Positions 11,841-25,205 of a stretch of DNA of 64,000 bases are shown here, piece after piece. The notes below the pieces were generated by a model that was not told the DNA's origin, made no database searches, and saw only the letters and a program-made list of their open reading frames with translations. This stretch comes from Azolla caroliniana (Eukaryota > Plantae > Polypodiophyta), in the NCBI GenBank assembly GCA_043228905.1, contig JBHGNT010000022.1, positions 9,548,001-9,612,000 of the forward strand. The letters run 5' to 3'. The translations under genes were made by a program, and so were the position numbers. Position 1 is the first letter of the stretch; each line of letters opens with the position of its first letter.

Positions 11841-14800
11841 ATTATATTATCATCTTCATAGGTCAAATATGACCTATGAGACAAAAAATATTACATTTCA
11901 CGTGATACGTGTGAAAGTGAGTAGTGACTCTCAATGTTCAAGAACTTTGCCCATGAATGTTGCAATCGAGAGTGCAAATTGTGTTTGTGAGAGAAATTCA
12001 TGCAAGGATCGGGCTCGGTCGAAGAGATGTGGAAAGCATGGTCGAATATAATCAAAGGCAGAGCATTGTATCAAAGTGTGATACTTAGACTCGCAAACTT
12101 GTTTAGGGCAAAGTGTGCATAGCCGACAACTCTCATCACTTGTGCCCCAACGCCTTGTCTCACATCACAATGCATGTGAGCTTAATCGCATGGAATCAAT
12201 GGTTCGAATGGCAGATAATGGGATGGACTCTAACATGTGTCGATGTGTACGCTTTCCCTGTCCCGCAAAGAATATGGTTTTGTAGTTAGGTGCAACATGT
12301 GTAGTATAATGTGTGAAGCGTGAACCTCCACATTTGTCCTATGTCATGATACATTGGCGTTGCAAAAATGCCTCATTTATAGAGGAATCTAGTGATGCAT
12401 CATGAAGCAAGTGTCTCGCATCCCATCTACCAAACCATTTTTCTATATCTTGCATCCAACCGGAACACAAAATTTTTCTTTTATGCGTCTTTTGGATCTT
12501 TTTGCTTGTTTCCCATGCAATTCTAGGAAGTCAATGTGAGGAACTGTTTTGAACCTTAAGCATATATTCAACAACCCTTTCCATGGCCATGATCTCAATG
12601 GGAAGCAATCCTATCTCAAGGAGGAGGAGGAGCAGGAGGGTGTAGGGCATTTATTTCTTAACTTGTAGAAACTTTGTAAGAAAATATTTTTGGACATTTT
12701 CAAACTCTTTCCACGTAGATTTAGGGATACTACCGCCCCATACTTCCACCCCATAAAGAAGAACCGGTGTCACCAAAGTGTCGAAAAGATATTTCTTGAG
12801 GACCCAACACTTAATATCTCTAAGATTGCATGTGTTCTCAAATGCATAGTATGCTCGCTTACCTGCCTCTAAGCGGCGTGCAACACATTCATTCCATCTA
12901 TGATTTGAAGGAACTTCAAGGCCAAGATATTTGTCTTTCCACACATTCAAGTGGCTCATTGTTGTACATAATGCACGATTTATCTCTTTTTTGGCTCTTC
13001 ACAAGCATAATATTTGTTTTAGATTTATTGAAACTTAATTTAGTATGCATGCAAAAAAATTCCAATGCCTTCATAAGCTTTTGTGCATCTCCTAAAGTAT
13101 TTGCAAAAAACACTAGATCATCTACATATAGCAAAAGCATAATCACAACATTCTCAATGGAAACTTCTTCAACACATTCTTCCTTTGCAAACTTGGTAAC
13201 CATTTCTTCCAATTCATCAATGCATAGACCAAATAGTGTTGGTGAGAGTGGGCATCCTTGCTTAACACCAATAGTGTTATTGAAAAAATCTGAAAGTTTA
13301 TCTCTCATATGCACACAAGATATAACCTTCTCATAAATTCAGGAAATTGCAAGCATATATTCACTTGGCACCTCAAGTTCTTCCATTCGCCTCCAAAGAT
13401 GCTCACGAGGTACCATATCAAAAGCTTTCTTGAAGTCTACAAAGCAACAATATAAACATTTGCCTCTAAGGAGACTTTCCTCCATTAATACTTGAAGGGC
13501 GACAAGGTGATCAATGGTGCTATGGTGTTTTGAAGGCCCGCTTGTCCATAAGCTCTCTTACCATTTTTTTCAACCCATACAATTATCTTTGATTCTATTA
13601 TACATCCGAATAGTTTAACATTAATGAGCCAACCATGATGGTTCGATAGTTGTTTACATTATTTACATCTCCACCTTTATATAACACATCATCTTTCCGG
13701 CAAAGAGATAACTCATATAAATTCTTTCTTACCATGCATAGACAAGTTGTGAAGAGTTAAGTCACCATAATTTAGATTTCCCCAAAATTTAGCACATGCA
13801 TGTGCTTAAGGTTCATGCTCAAGTGCGGTTGTTTATTATCTTCAATAGCCTTCTCACAATCAAACCTATGCATACATTTGAGATCAATACATAAAGCACC
13901 GTGATCGGATTCCGGTGTCCATTCACCAAGTGAGAATTTATGTATACGATCCAAAATACCTTCGGAAAGTAGCACATAGTCAATCACACTATTTCCGTTG
14001 TGTTTTCTACATGTAAAACCATAGGTGTTCGGCCATAACGAAATACCATTTCCAATAAGCAATCTGGTACTATTGCACATTTGTAGGAGTAACTTCCCAA
14101 ATCGGTTCAGATCTTTTTCATCGCCAAAAGAGCGGTTATACATTTGCATATCCTCTTGCATCCTTGAGATATGTGGCATGAAATATTCTTGCGCATCAAG
14201 TTGGAAACTTCTTGTACGAACATTCATGTCACCAAAGACAATAACTTCCCCTTTGGATTTGAAATAAGCAATATCATCGTCTAGATTGGCAAAAGGTTCA
14301 TCTTTATCCAAACAAGCATAAAAGTTAGAATCTTGATGAGGAATGTAACATCTAACTACAAAAGTGGGAAGATCATTAGGTGTTTCTATTTTGAGCCATA
14401 TGTAGCATTTATGTTCATCATTTTTTATGATTGACAAATATTTCTCTATTTTTTTCTTAATCAAACATGTCACCCCTCCTTGTCCTCTTCTTTGTCTTGG
14501 ATTTTTCTCCTATATCAAAGAGTGTACACTATAGTTTCCTAAACCTTAAATCCTTTGAGTATGATGATCCCATGTTTCAACAAGAAGTGTGATATATGAG
14601 TCATCAGTGAACTCCTCTATGCCAAATCCCACATTCCATGGGACCTATCCATTACAATTCCAAAAGCATAGTCGTAAAAGGCGTGGGTTAGTCTCATAGG
14701 TCACGTGTCCCTATTTGTCTACATTTCCATCTTTAGGCACATCCTTAACCTTATTTTTCAATCTTTCTTTATATGCTTTATGACGAGCATTTTGTTGTGA

Positions 14801-15560
14801 GATCATACGATCTTCACTCACAAAGCATTGCGTACCTTTGAGGTATACCCAACTATTTTTGAGTATGATCCGCCACTTTGTATCATATGTCATTGTGCAC
14901 ACAATAGGCCTTTCTTTGGAGCGAGTAACACCATGTTTCCCAACTCGGTGTGCCCCATATACATTCACATCCGACATACCATAATGCATGCCAAAAAATT
15001 CACCAATGGCCTTTCTGAGGGATGCGGGTGTTTCTATACTCTCCTCTTTAATCCCACAGACGACAATGTTCTTTGATCGTCGTTCACGTTCTTTCAATTC
15101 TCAGACATCTATGATTTCTATATTCTTCTCTTGATGCATCACATGCATATTAGATGAGTTTGATACCACATACATCGGCCCATGACTTCGTTGTACATGC
15201 ATTTTTCATCTCACTTACATCCCGCCTCATCATGTCCAATTTTTCTTCTTTTAATGCTTCCTTTAACTTGATCTTGTTAAGGTGCTCATTTGTTTCAAAA
15301 GAATCTCTTTTACATTCTTGAATCTCTTCTTCAAGTTTTGCAACCACTTGCTTAAGACTTTCATTCTCAATGACAACAATTTGGAGCTTAGCATTCTCTT
15401 TCATTAACGTCCTAATCTCTTCACCTTGCTTGTTTATGGTTTCTTGAAGAGAAATCAAGTGACTCATAAGCATTTTGTGCATTCATTGGAATCAAGATTG
15501 GTTGGTGATCTCGACTCATTATCAATCGTACCCCTGAACTTTGCGGCGACTTTACCCTAT
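11841..15560 (-). mobile_element. RTEX-like LINE copy 3, near full-length with intact 3' end, degenerate
   Basis: ORF1 14711-15482; APE 13772-14473; RT GVKQGCPLSPTLF, LLYVDD, YLGL, LFDTLVTPVLLYGVEVWG; C-terminal CCHC (LRCETRRW..RLCTLC..ESKYH..C) near 12050-12180. 3'UTR hairpin 11856-11882 and a short GAT/AAT tail. (GA)n on both flanks. Confidence 0.92.
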
Positions 15561-16735
15561 GGGGGGGGGGGGAGAGAGAGAGAGAGAGAGAGGTGAGTTT
15601 GTAAGGTTGCCCAATGGAGACCAAGAGGTCAGGGGTTCAACCCCTACATTCCACAGTGGCATCTAGTGAATTAAGAGATATGAAGTAAGAGAGAGGTGGG
15701 AAATTTGGGTTTCGAACCGCAGATGTAGATCTTGTAGTGTAACAACTTACCACTAGTATCAGGTAATTAAGATAAAAAAGTAAAAGTAAAAATAAAAAGA
15801 GAGGGCGAGAGCGAGCTTGTGTCTAGTTATTGGTAGCCTATCTTGTGTGATTTCATACAATATAATCCACAACCACAAGCATCTTGTTGTCCTTTTTCTA
15901 TCTTAGTTTGAGCTTAACTAACTAAAAATTTATTGGAGAAAATGAGAAATTCTAGAATCCTAAAACTCGTTACTCATCCATCTTAATTCCGTATTGTTCT
16001 AAACTTAAGCCCAATGTATCATCCAATTTGAACAACCTCTCTACTTTTTTACCACAATTTCATCGAGATTTATTTGAAGCTAATTCTACACCTTACAAAA
16101 TAGAAGAACTAATTGTTTGAAAAAAATTGACTTTAAGTGTAAAGTGTGCATTTACTTATATCATATTTTATTTTGCACTCACCTAGCCAAGCTCTTTATC
16201 CTAGAAGTTGGTATGTCTAATTTCAGACTTGGAAGTGTCCTATAACGAACCAAAGACAACAGATGGCTTTTTCCAGTCATCATAGATTCTCTTTGAGCGT
16301 TGGTGCCATCTCCTAGAAGGCTCTCCATAGTAGATCATTTTCTAAACTAATGACAAGAACCCAACATTTTTTCAAAATGCTCAAGTTTTGGGTAGTCAAC
16401 AAGCTCATTGGGCATAGTTTCTTGTGCATTTCGATTTTGTGATCATGCATCAGCGAGGAATAGAACCAAAGAAGATATATGCTCTATTTCGGCGTTCTTA
16501 TATGGTACTTCATCTAGGAGAACCTAATTTTGACCTTTCAAAACCATGCCCTAATGAATCCTAATCATTTGGCTAATGGTAAGCAAGTCTTAAAAACACC
16601 TACCAATTCAACCACTATTGATTCCATTCAAAGTGATCTCGTTGTAAACGAATTTTTCACAAGCTATTTGAAAATATTGTTCCAAATCATGCTTCTTGTG
16701 TGTGGTCAAATAGAGCTCATAAAAATTATAAATTT

Positions 16736-17702
16736 CATAGAATGAACCAAACGTATCATACGTGCATTCGCATTCGACAATGATTCAATCAAACGTGTAC
16801 GGTAAATCACCTCAAAGTTGGATTGGATTGACTAGGGTCTATATTATATATTGATTCACTCTCAATCCTAATAAGTGGACTATAATCCATTGTGAACCAC
16901 CAACATGAGTATGGTTGCAATATTTGCATTGTATCACATGCATACTTTTGGGATGCAAATCAAGACATCTCTATCATCCTCACTTTAGAACTTTACAAAA
17001 AAATGAGTATGAACTATAGAGATTGAATCAAAATATGTCATTATAAATTATTATCAAACGTTCAAAAACTCATAAAACGTATATTCGAGAATATGAAGAA
17101 AATATGACATAGGCAGTATTAGCATAACAACTTACCACTAGGGTGACCTAATTTCTAATAAGAAAGAAAGAAAGAAAGAAAGAATAACGAACATGACACT
17201 AACATAAAATTTTGCCATGACATAGGCAGTAGTAGCATAACTTACCACTCAGGTGAGCTAATTTCTAATAACAAAGAAAGAAAGAAAAAGAAGAAAAAGG
17301 AACATGACACTAACATAAAATTTTGCCATGACACTAACAAGAGGATATGAGAAAGTTGGGAATTGAGCCCAAGACACAAGTAATAATAGGATAACAACTT
17401 ACCACTAGGTTGTGCTTAGTTATAATAACAAAAAGATAAAAGAGAACAAGTATTATAAGACTAACATAAAATTTTGCTATGACATGGTACTAATGAGAGA
17501 GAGAGAAAGAGATAAGAAAATTGGGAATCAAACCCAAGACATAAACAATAATAGCATGACTCCTTACCACTAGGGTGAGCTAAATTGTATTAATAATAAA
17601 TGAAAAAAAAGCAAAAAAAACAAGCACGTAGTTTTCCCATTTCAAACGTGTTCGTTTCCAAACGTTGGAATGCTTGCACGAACACGAATATTACGTTCTA
17701 TG
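16736..17702. mobile_element. Possible hAT-like MITE with internal ~110-180-bp tandem units
   Basis: Termini CATAGAATG / CGTTCTATG are inverted. AACTTACCACTAGG...AAAGAAAG units recur at 17100-17590. No clean 8-bp TSD. Confidence 0.4.
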
Positions 17703-19252
17703 ATTATAATCAATTTATTTGCATTGACAATTTGCTTTTGTGCAATAATTTACTATATGTCTTTTGATTCAAGATACTTTGAATCTAACAACAATGACAT
17801 GATATGTCAATGGCTAGATTTTGGAGTTCACAAGAATTTAGAATTCTTTTCTTGAAGATATTGGTGTTTGCAACTTCATAACTTTGTCAATCAAAGAGTC
17901 CTCAACATTGATCATATAGGTTACACTAACCTTTACCAATTCCTCACAATCCATGGAAATCTATCAGTTTGGAATTCATTAACATCCACCCATTTTCCAA
18001 AAGTTTTCATGGCATTCACATTTTCATGGATTAATTAATTAAAATGGCACATTTCCTTCATGCACAAAGACTATCAATAATTAGCAGACAAAAGGTCTAG
18101 TTATGTATGAAGTATTTAGGCAACATGATCTTTCCGTGTCATGAATCAATTAATTAAGATGACATATTTGATCCATGCACAAAGATTATCAATAATCAGG
18201 ATATAAAAGATATAGTTATGTGTGAAGTATTTAGGCAACGCAACATGATCTTTTGAATGATATCATCAGTGATCAAGGCCCATAACTTATCCCTAAATTT
18301 TGGAAACAACTTTCTTGGTCTCGTCAAGGTTTTATGCAAACTCTCTTCAAGCTATAGTCCAAAGAATCATTATCAAACCGAATGTATCAATCAAACATTG
18401 GAGCAATATCTTTGTTGTTTCATCAACTATCAACAAGATTATTGGTTTGACTTTTTGCATTTTCTGGAGTTTTCGTACAATATTTCAATTCATTCCTCCA
18501 TCAAATATACTCCTCTCTTTGACAACACAATATGTCATCCTTCTTGGATGATGCTTGAACATCCATATATCTCAAACAATCCCTCTATAAGAATAATATA
18601 TTTTGACTCCAAGATATTCACGCTACTCTTTCTCACAATTTACACGATGCCCAAGCCACACATAAGAAATTTTTAGATTGTCATCAATTTGAATCATCAC
18701 CAACAGCACTCTTACAATATTTCCATCATTCTTCTATCAAATATACTTGCATCTTTGACAACACAATATGTCATCTCTGTTGAGTTATTCTTGAACATCC
18801 AGAAATCTTGAAAAATCCCACTGCCAAGAATCATCTACTTCTACTCCAAGAGATTCACACTACCCTTTATCACCATTTATATGATGCTTAAGCCACATAT
18901 AAAAAAAAATAGCTTGTCATCATTTTGATGCATCTCCAAAAGAACTCTTACAAGATTTTGGTTCATTCTTCTATCAAATATACTCTCTTCTTTGACAGCA
19001 CAATGTGCCATCCCTATTGCATGATGCTTGAACATCCAAAAAAATCCCACTACGAAAGATTGTCTACGTCAACTCCAAGATTTACATGTCATCATTTCTC
19101 ACATTTACATGATGCGCAAGCCACAGATTTTTAAAAAATTAGATTGTCATCATTTTGATTCATCACTGAAAAAACATACGTTTTGGGTTGGGATCATGTA
19201 GGACTCTTACGAAGTAATGTAAAGACCAATGGGTCTTGTTGGAACAAATTAG

Positions 19253-19669
19253 TGTCATGTGTGAGGGTAGAACCTATGACCTCACAAGTCACACCACCCA
19301 GTGTAAACTATGATAACTAAATTACAAACATGCATTACAATTATATCTTATGTATTACGAATACATGTTGACTCATATAAGCAATGTGGTCTACATGTAT
19401 CACACACTAACACATGGGCACCAAGTATCACTCACAGATCATGTGCATTCTTGTTTAAATATCTATTTAAGGGAGATTCTCGATAAGAGAAGTCATTTTG
19501 TTTCAACACACACTATCTTGACCTTCTTAATCATGCCCCTAGTTATAATTATATTTTTTTATTTAGTAAAACTTATCTTATTCATATCACCTTGATCAAC
19601 TCCTTGTTCTATTTCTCTTTCACTCTGTCTTTCTTCAAGCATCAAAGCTCTCTTTTACATGCTATGACA
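19253..19669 (+). mobile_element. Solo LTR inserted in decayed gypsy; its right end later tandemly duplicated (~204 bp, second copy ~19774-19978)
   Basis: TGTCATG...ATGACA ends; TSD ATTAG/ATTGG; splits a K|LDYQHLGP-coding remnant. Confidence 0.75.
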
Positions 19670-20382
19670 ATTGGATTATCAACATCTTGGTCCATGAATT
19701 ATCATTGACCATATCCATGAAGTTGTTTTTCATCTCGATCTCCATTCTCATATGTCTTTATCTAATGTTCAATAAAACTTATCTTATTCATATCACCTTG
19801 ATCAACTCCTTGTTCTATTTCTCTTTCACTCTGTCTTTCTCCAAGCATCGAAGCTCTCTTTTACATGCTATGATAGTTGGATTATCAACATCGTGGTCCA
19901 TGAATTATCATTGAACATATCCATGAAGTTGTTTTTCGTCTCAATCTACCTTCTCATATGTGTCTTTATCTAATGTTCTATGTATATCTTTTGGAACCTT
20001 ATGCTCCAACATTTTAGATTGTGTTGTTACTCCACCTCCAATTGAACTTGTTCATAGTCCAAAATACAACTTGGTGGAAACCACTTTAGACTCCAAGATT
20101 GTGCACAAAAAATTATATTATTTTTGGTTGATTGGTTAGATTATACACCTAATGACCAAACTTGTGAGCTTGCTAAGAATCTCATTAAATGCCATAGAAC
20201 TTGTAATTGGATTTCGTCATCTATATCCTTGTGAGCCAAGTCTTAGTTTGTGCATTGTAACTCTTGGAACATGTTGTCGAAGGGATAATGTCATGAGAAT
20301 ATATATGAAATATCATAGTCATCATGGTCATTTAAATGCATGAATTGTTTATAAAATATCTGTAATGTAACCACTTGGATAT

Positions 20383-23300
20383 ATATATATATATATTCCA
20401 AAAAAAACTCCTTCCATTAGTTATAAAATTTTACAAATGGGACGATTATGTACAAATCCCTGAAGGGACGCGATAGTTCCATCTTATGTGGATGTCCACT
20501 GACTCAAGAAAGGGAGAGGACGACCATTGTTGGATGAAGGCTATTCGTTGTCTTTCAATTCCCTCGGAGCCGCCCTTAAGGCAATCATATTGGCTCTTCA
20601 GAGTGGCTACAATTTCACTCCATATCTCTTGCAATAACCTTGTTGGATGTGCAGTTTGGTTGGAGAAGACTTGCCTACATCGTTGTTTCCATAGAATCCA
20701 AAGACTTATTGGGCTGACCAATTCCAACACCTCTTGAGAATTGTCATTAAGAGGACTGGAGTGGACATTGCCGCTGGAGGAGAAAGAGACCCCTTGTGCT
20801 TTTATCACCAAAGTCATCCCCTCCTCCTGATGCTCATATCTGCCAATTGTGGTCTGCCCTGATAGTTAACATATATTTCCCCACTTGATTGAGCCTTGCA
20901 CCTGGCATAATTGCAACAAGCGGCCAACCCCCCGCCATATTCGATGGGACGTCGGGCAGTCCCACAAAGCGTGTCATATTGATTCTACTGCATGTGGGCA
21001 CTTTACACAATTAGGAGAGCTAAGGTTCCCACATTGCCATGCTCCCACCGGTAGGGACTTATGTATTAATAGCCATTGGAACGTGGTAATTCGCCTCGCG
21101 TGTTGTTGTTTCCAGAGTTTCTGCCAAAACTTGGTGATTATTGTGGGAGGAACTTGAAATGTGTGCCAAACCTACATAGCAGCAGGCTCTCGGGCGGTTT
21201 GAGCAACTAGAATGTGGCGACCCAATCTAGTTGTGAATTGGAAGAAAGGGATAGGTTTGCTTCCTTGCCCCGCGTAGGGATCACACCATGTCCATTGCAA
21301 AGGGTCCCAATTACCCTTATGTAGCCATGTGTTTTCATGAGTACATATGTGCCAATCGGGTTGTACTTTGATCGGATCAGGATCTACAATCCATTTATGA
21401 CCAGTATACGCGAGTATTCGAATTGCATTATTCTGTGTTGGTGTCTTAGTGTCTCGCAATTTAGAGCCTTCGAGCTTGTCTAGTGGTCCCCTACCTCTCG
21501 GGATCAGAGATCCCTCCTCCTCGTGGCCTATCCATTTCTCCATTGTCATCCTTTGAGTAGCAGATTCCCTAATCAGTAGAGCGTTAATGATTTCCGATCT
21601 CATAGTCCATCCGCCCCTAATTCCATGGAGTATGTTCGCCTGATCTTGTAGTGGCAGTGACATAAACCGTCACCAACATTCTATACTTTTTCCTGAACCT
21701 TCTACAATGTATCCCCATGACAACCCCTTACGTGATCCCAGTAGTTGATTAGATTCATCCTTGATACATGGGTTCCATAGGATACGTTGATTGAGCCAGG
21801 CAAGTTCGGATCTCAGTTAATCACACTTGAGCCCTCGACGAATGTCACACCATGCCCTCCACATGGATGCACTGAATCTATCCTCAAATTGGCGGGAGAA
21901 ACTAGGTTTGAGATCCATGTTTAGAATCCATCCTGTTTGGGGAGCCCAATTCACCCAGGCTTTTCGTGGCCTAAAGTAAGCGAAATGTAACCTCAGTAGC
22001 ATTTTCCAACAGTCATTTCCTGGTTGGATTCCTCGCACCACAAATTTGGCAAGTAAGGCTTTCGATTGTGAAAGGGGATCAATAAGACCCAATCCCCCTC
22101 TCGACTTAGACGTTGTGAGTATAGGCCACACTACCTTGGCACGAGCTACTTGGTCTTCCTTACCATACCAAATGTAGTTGCAGACCAGTCATTGAATCTG
22201 ATGTATACTTTCCTTGGAGATTGTCCATCATGATAGACTGTACCATATTGTTGTGAGTAGTACCTGATTTGCCACTATGATATGACCCGCTAGCGACAGT
22301 TTTTTCGAGCTCCAATGTATCAACTTTTGTCGAATGGAATGGATAACAGGTGCAATCATAGTCTCTGGCGGTATGTTGACACCAATTTGGAAACCCAAAT
22401 ATTTGGTGCTCGCTCCTTGATTGATCCAATTGAAAGCGGGATGTGGGTGCCACGCCAGATGTGTTTCTTGAGAGAGCCATATTGCGTAGGATTTGTGCCA
22501 ATTGATCATGGCATTGGATCTCTTGCAAAATACAACTAGCCCACTTTCTATCTTTTGGAGGTTTTCCAAGTCCCCTTGCAAGTAGACCGTTGTGTCATCT
22601 GCAAATTCTACATCTAGGATGTTTTGCTGAGAATGAGGTACGGGAAGATCACGTAGGTTGAGATGCCGCGAGTTGAGAAAGCAAGAGACTGCTTCGACAT
22701 ATAATAGAAATAAGTATGGAGCTAGTGGGCATCCCTACCGTACAGATCGGGATATTCGGAAAAAGGGGCCCCTTTCACTTGCCAGTGAAACGCAACTGTT
22801 GCCATTCCTATAAAGTCCTGCAATGCCTTTGATCCATGTCTCTTGAAAGTCGAGTTTCCCCATCACACTTTCTAGAAAGTTCCAACATACCCTATCATAT
22901 GCTTTCTCAAAATCTAGTAGCACCACCGCTACCTTGTTGTTGGTACGTTTGGCAAGGGCTACTGCTTCCCAGAATGAGAAGAGGTTGTCTAGGATGCTCC
23001 GATTTCTAACGAAACCTGTCTAGGACGGATGAATGAGTTGAGGGAGAAGTGGTGTTAAACGGTGTGCCACGATTTTTGCGAGCAACTTATAGACAATATT
23101 GAGAAGAGTTATGGGCTGCCACTTGCTAATGTCGTTGGCATTCCCACCACTTTTAGGAATGAGATGTATCATCCCCTGTCCAAATTCCTCCGGCATGGTT
23201 CCAGAGGTGATGATCTCCTCATATGCCTGGAGGAGGTCTTCTTTAATAGTGTCCCAAAGGCATGTGAAAAAGTGTGGGGTGAGGCCGTCGATTCCGGGGC

Positions 23301-24117
23301 AACTCTCGGCATCTAAATCGGTGAGGGTCTCCCATATCTCGATGATTGATAGGGGAAGCACGAGCCATGTATTCATTTCCGGCGTGACTTTCTCGGGTAT
23401 GCTTTGGAGGATAATATCTTCACTTATGTCTTCCCCTATAGCTATAATGTCTTCAGTAAGTAGGCGGTTATAATAACTTGTGGCAATATTCCTCATTTCG
23501 TTGCCATCCTCAGTGGTCATTCCATCCTCTCGGTTGAGGATGCACATCACAGTTCAAGCGTGCCTTGGGCCTTTGGAGCGGAAGAATTCCTTCGTGGTTT
23601 TGTCCCCTACACGAATCCATAGCACCAGGCTTCCATGAAACTCCATGTCATATATTTCCTTTTCCGCCATGCTAAGTTCATGTTTGGCTGTGGTGACTTG
23701 TCCTGCAATCCAAATACATGACGGGTATCTCTGTTGGAGTCGTTGTAAGTAGTCCCCATTTTGTCCTTTGTCACTTCTCCTGAGCATCCTTGCTTCTGGT
23801 CTTGACAATCTCATTTAGGAGAGTAGAAGCTCTTGTTAATTTAGCTAGAAGTTTGTCAGATGTTGATGAGTCATTGACGGGTAGTGACCATTGGTTGGAA
23901 AGTTGGTCCTTCACCTCTATAAAAGTGTAAATAATGTGTGGGATGTGAGTCTGGAATGGGCCCCATTTTCGATGCAATTGAAAATGACCAGCTATCGGGT
24001 AATGGTTAGAGAAAGTCGTGCCTGGAGTTATGCGACACCACCCTCCCTTCGCTTCTAGAGCCTCCCCCACATAAATGCGGTCAATGCGAGATTGGGTGGG
24101 TCCACTATTCCACCCAT
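20383..24117 (-). mobile_element. 5'-truncated plant L1-clade LINE with 13-bp TSD
   Basis: TSD ACCACTTGGATAT at 20370-20382 and 24118-24130. Endonuclease tail (SRIDRIY, SNHYP), CPGIDGL, LDFEKAYDRVCW, KYLGFQIG, GGLGLIDP, zf-RVT, SLWILWKQR; (TA)n 3' tail. Confidence 0.95.
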
Positions 24118-24515
24118 ACCACTTGGATATTTTACATTATGTACTATCTTTATTCTAACTTTTCATGGATATTCTAGAGTAGACATGTAATATTATGAGA
24201 TGTTGTCACCTTGCACATGCCAATGAACTATCACCCAACCCACCCTTATCATGTAGTTCAACTTTTTGATGGCTAGTATACAAGTTTGAACCTATTTTGA
24301 ACACCATGATCATGTGTAACAAGATATATTGTCTTGTGGATTGGCTCAACTATCATCCATCCAATAATTGAACTTGGGAACTTGTAGAGAATATTTCTAA
24401 TGTCCCTACTCTTTTAGGGAAATCACATACATAGTTTATATTATAATAAGCCCAAGTCCCAATGCATGCATTGCAACTAATAGAACTTGTCGTCGAAGTA
24501 GGAGAGTGGAGAATG

Positions 24516-24720
24516 TGTCATGATCGAACAATAGGTCATATATCACTTGGGGGACTTGAACCCATGATCTCCAAAATGCTTGTCTTAGAACTTGGCCATT
24601 AGGTGATTATGTAACATTCATGTAGTTGATATATTGTTTTATCATTGTAATATTTTGTATGATAACCAAGTGGCGAGCATGCATTGAAGCTAGGTATGGA
24701 TCATGCATTGAATTAAGGGT
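24516..24720 (+). mobile_element. LTR fragment with antisense tRNA-like module
   Basis: Purine-rich PPT then TGTCATGA at 24516; minus-strand GGTTCAAGTCC B-box at 24552-24562. Confidence 0.5.
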
Positions 24721-24734
24721 ATTTTATGAGGGGA

Positions 24735-25205
24735 GGATCCAATTAGCAATCAACAATGGTTTGGTTTGAGCCAAACCGAACCACAAAAAACATGAATTAA
24801 CGGTTTAATTGATTTGGGTTAGTTTATAAATTTGTAAATGGTTCAATTTGGGTTCAACCAAGCTTGGAGGTTCAAGGGTTCAAATTGAGACTTTATTGAC
24901 TTCACAATTGCAGTTTAATCAAATTCAAACAACGGCCTAAACGGCTCAACACTTTAGGGTTAGGATATTTTTGAAATATTGAAACTTTTGGTTTGAAAAC
25001 CTTTTTAAAGAAAGCAAACTCCAAAAGTATTTGGTCAGCACAAAAACCGAACCCTCAAAAAATGAATGGGATAACACGGTTTCTAAATCTTTCAAGCGGT
25101 TCAGTTTGGGTTTGAGCTTGAAGTTCCTCAAAACGGTTCGGTTTGAATGGTTTGGGTTTAAAGGTTTCAAGGTTCGGTTTAAGTTACGAACCTTCGAACT
25201 GTTCA
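24735..25205. mobile_element. AACCG/CGGTT-rich MITE-like element (hAT-derived style) just upstream of the PPR gene
   Basis: Dense AACC/GGTT motifs in both orientations. The left end resembles the reverse complement of the element ending at 61464. Confidence 0.5.

Larger units (their letters stand above)
15800..24480 (+). mobile_element. Highly decayed chromovirus-type Ty3/gypsy remnants hosting later insertions
   Basis: RNase H remnant ~16180-16500; integrase remnant 18257-18676 (QTECINQTLEQYL..QQDYW..LEFSYN); chromodomain remnants ~20030-20230 and ~24300-24420; PPT plus TGTCATGA LTR start at 20289. Confidence 0.7.
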
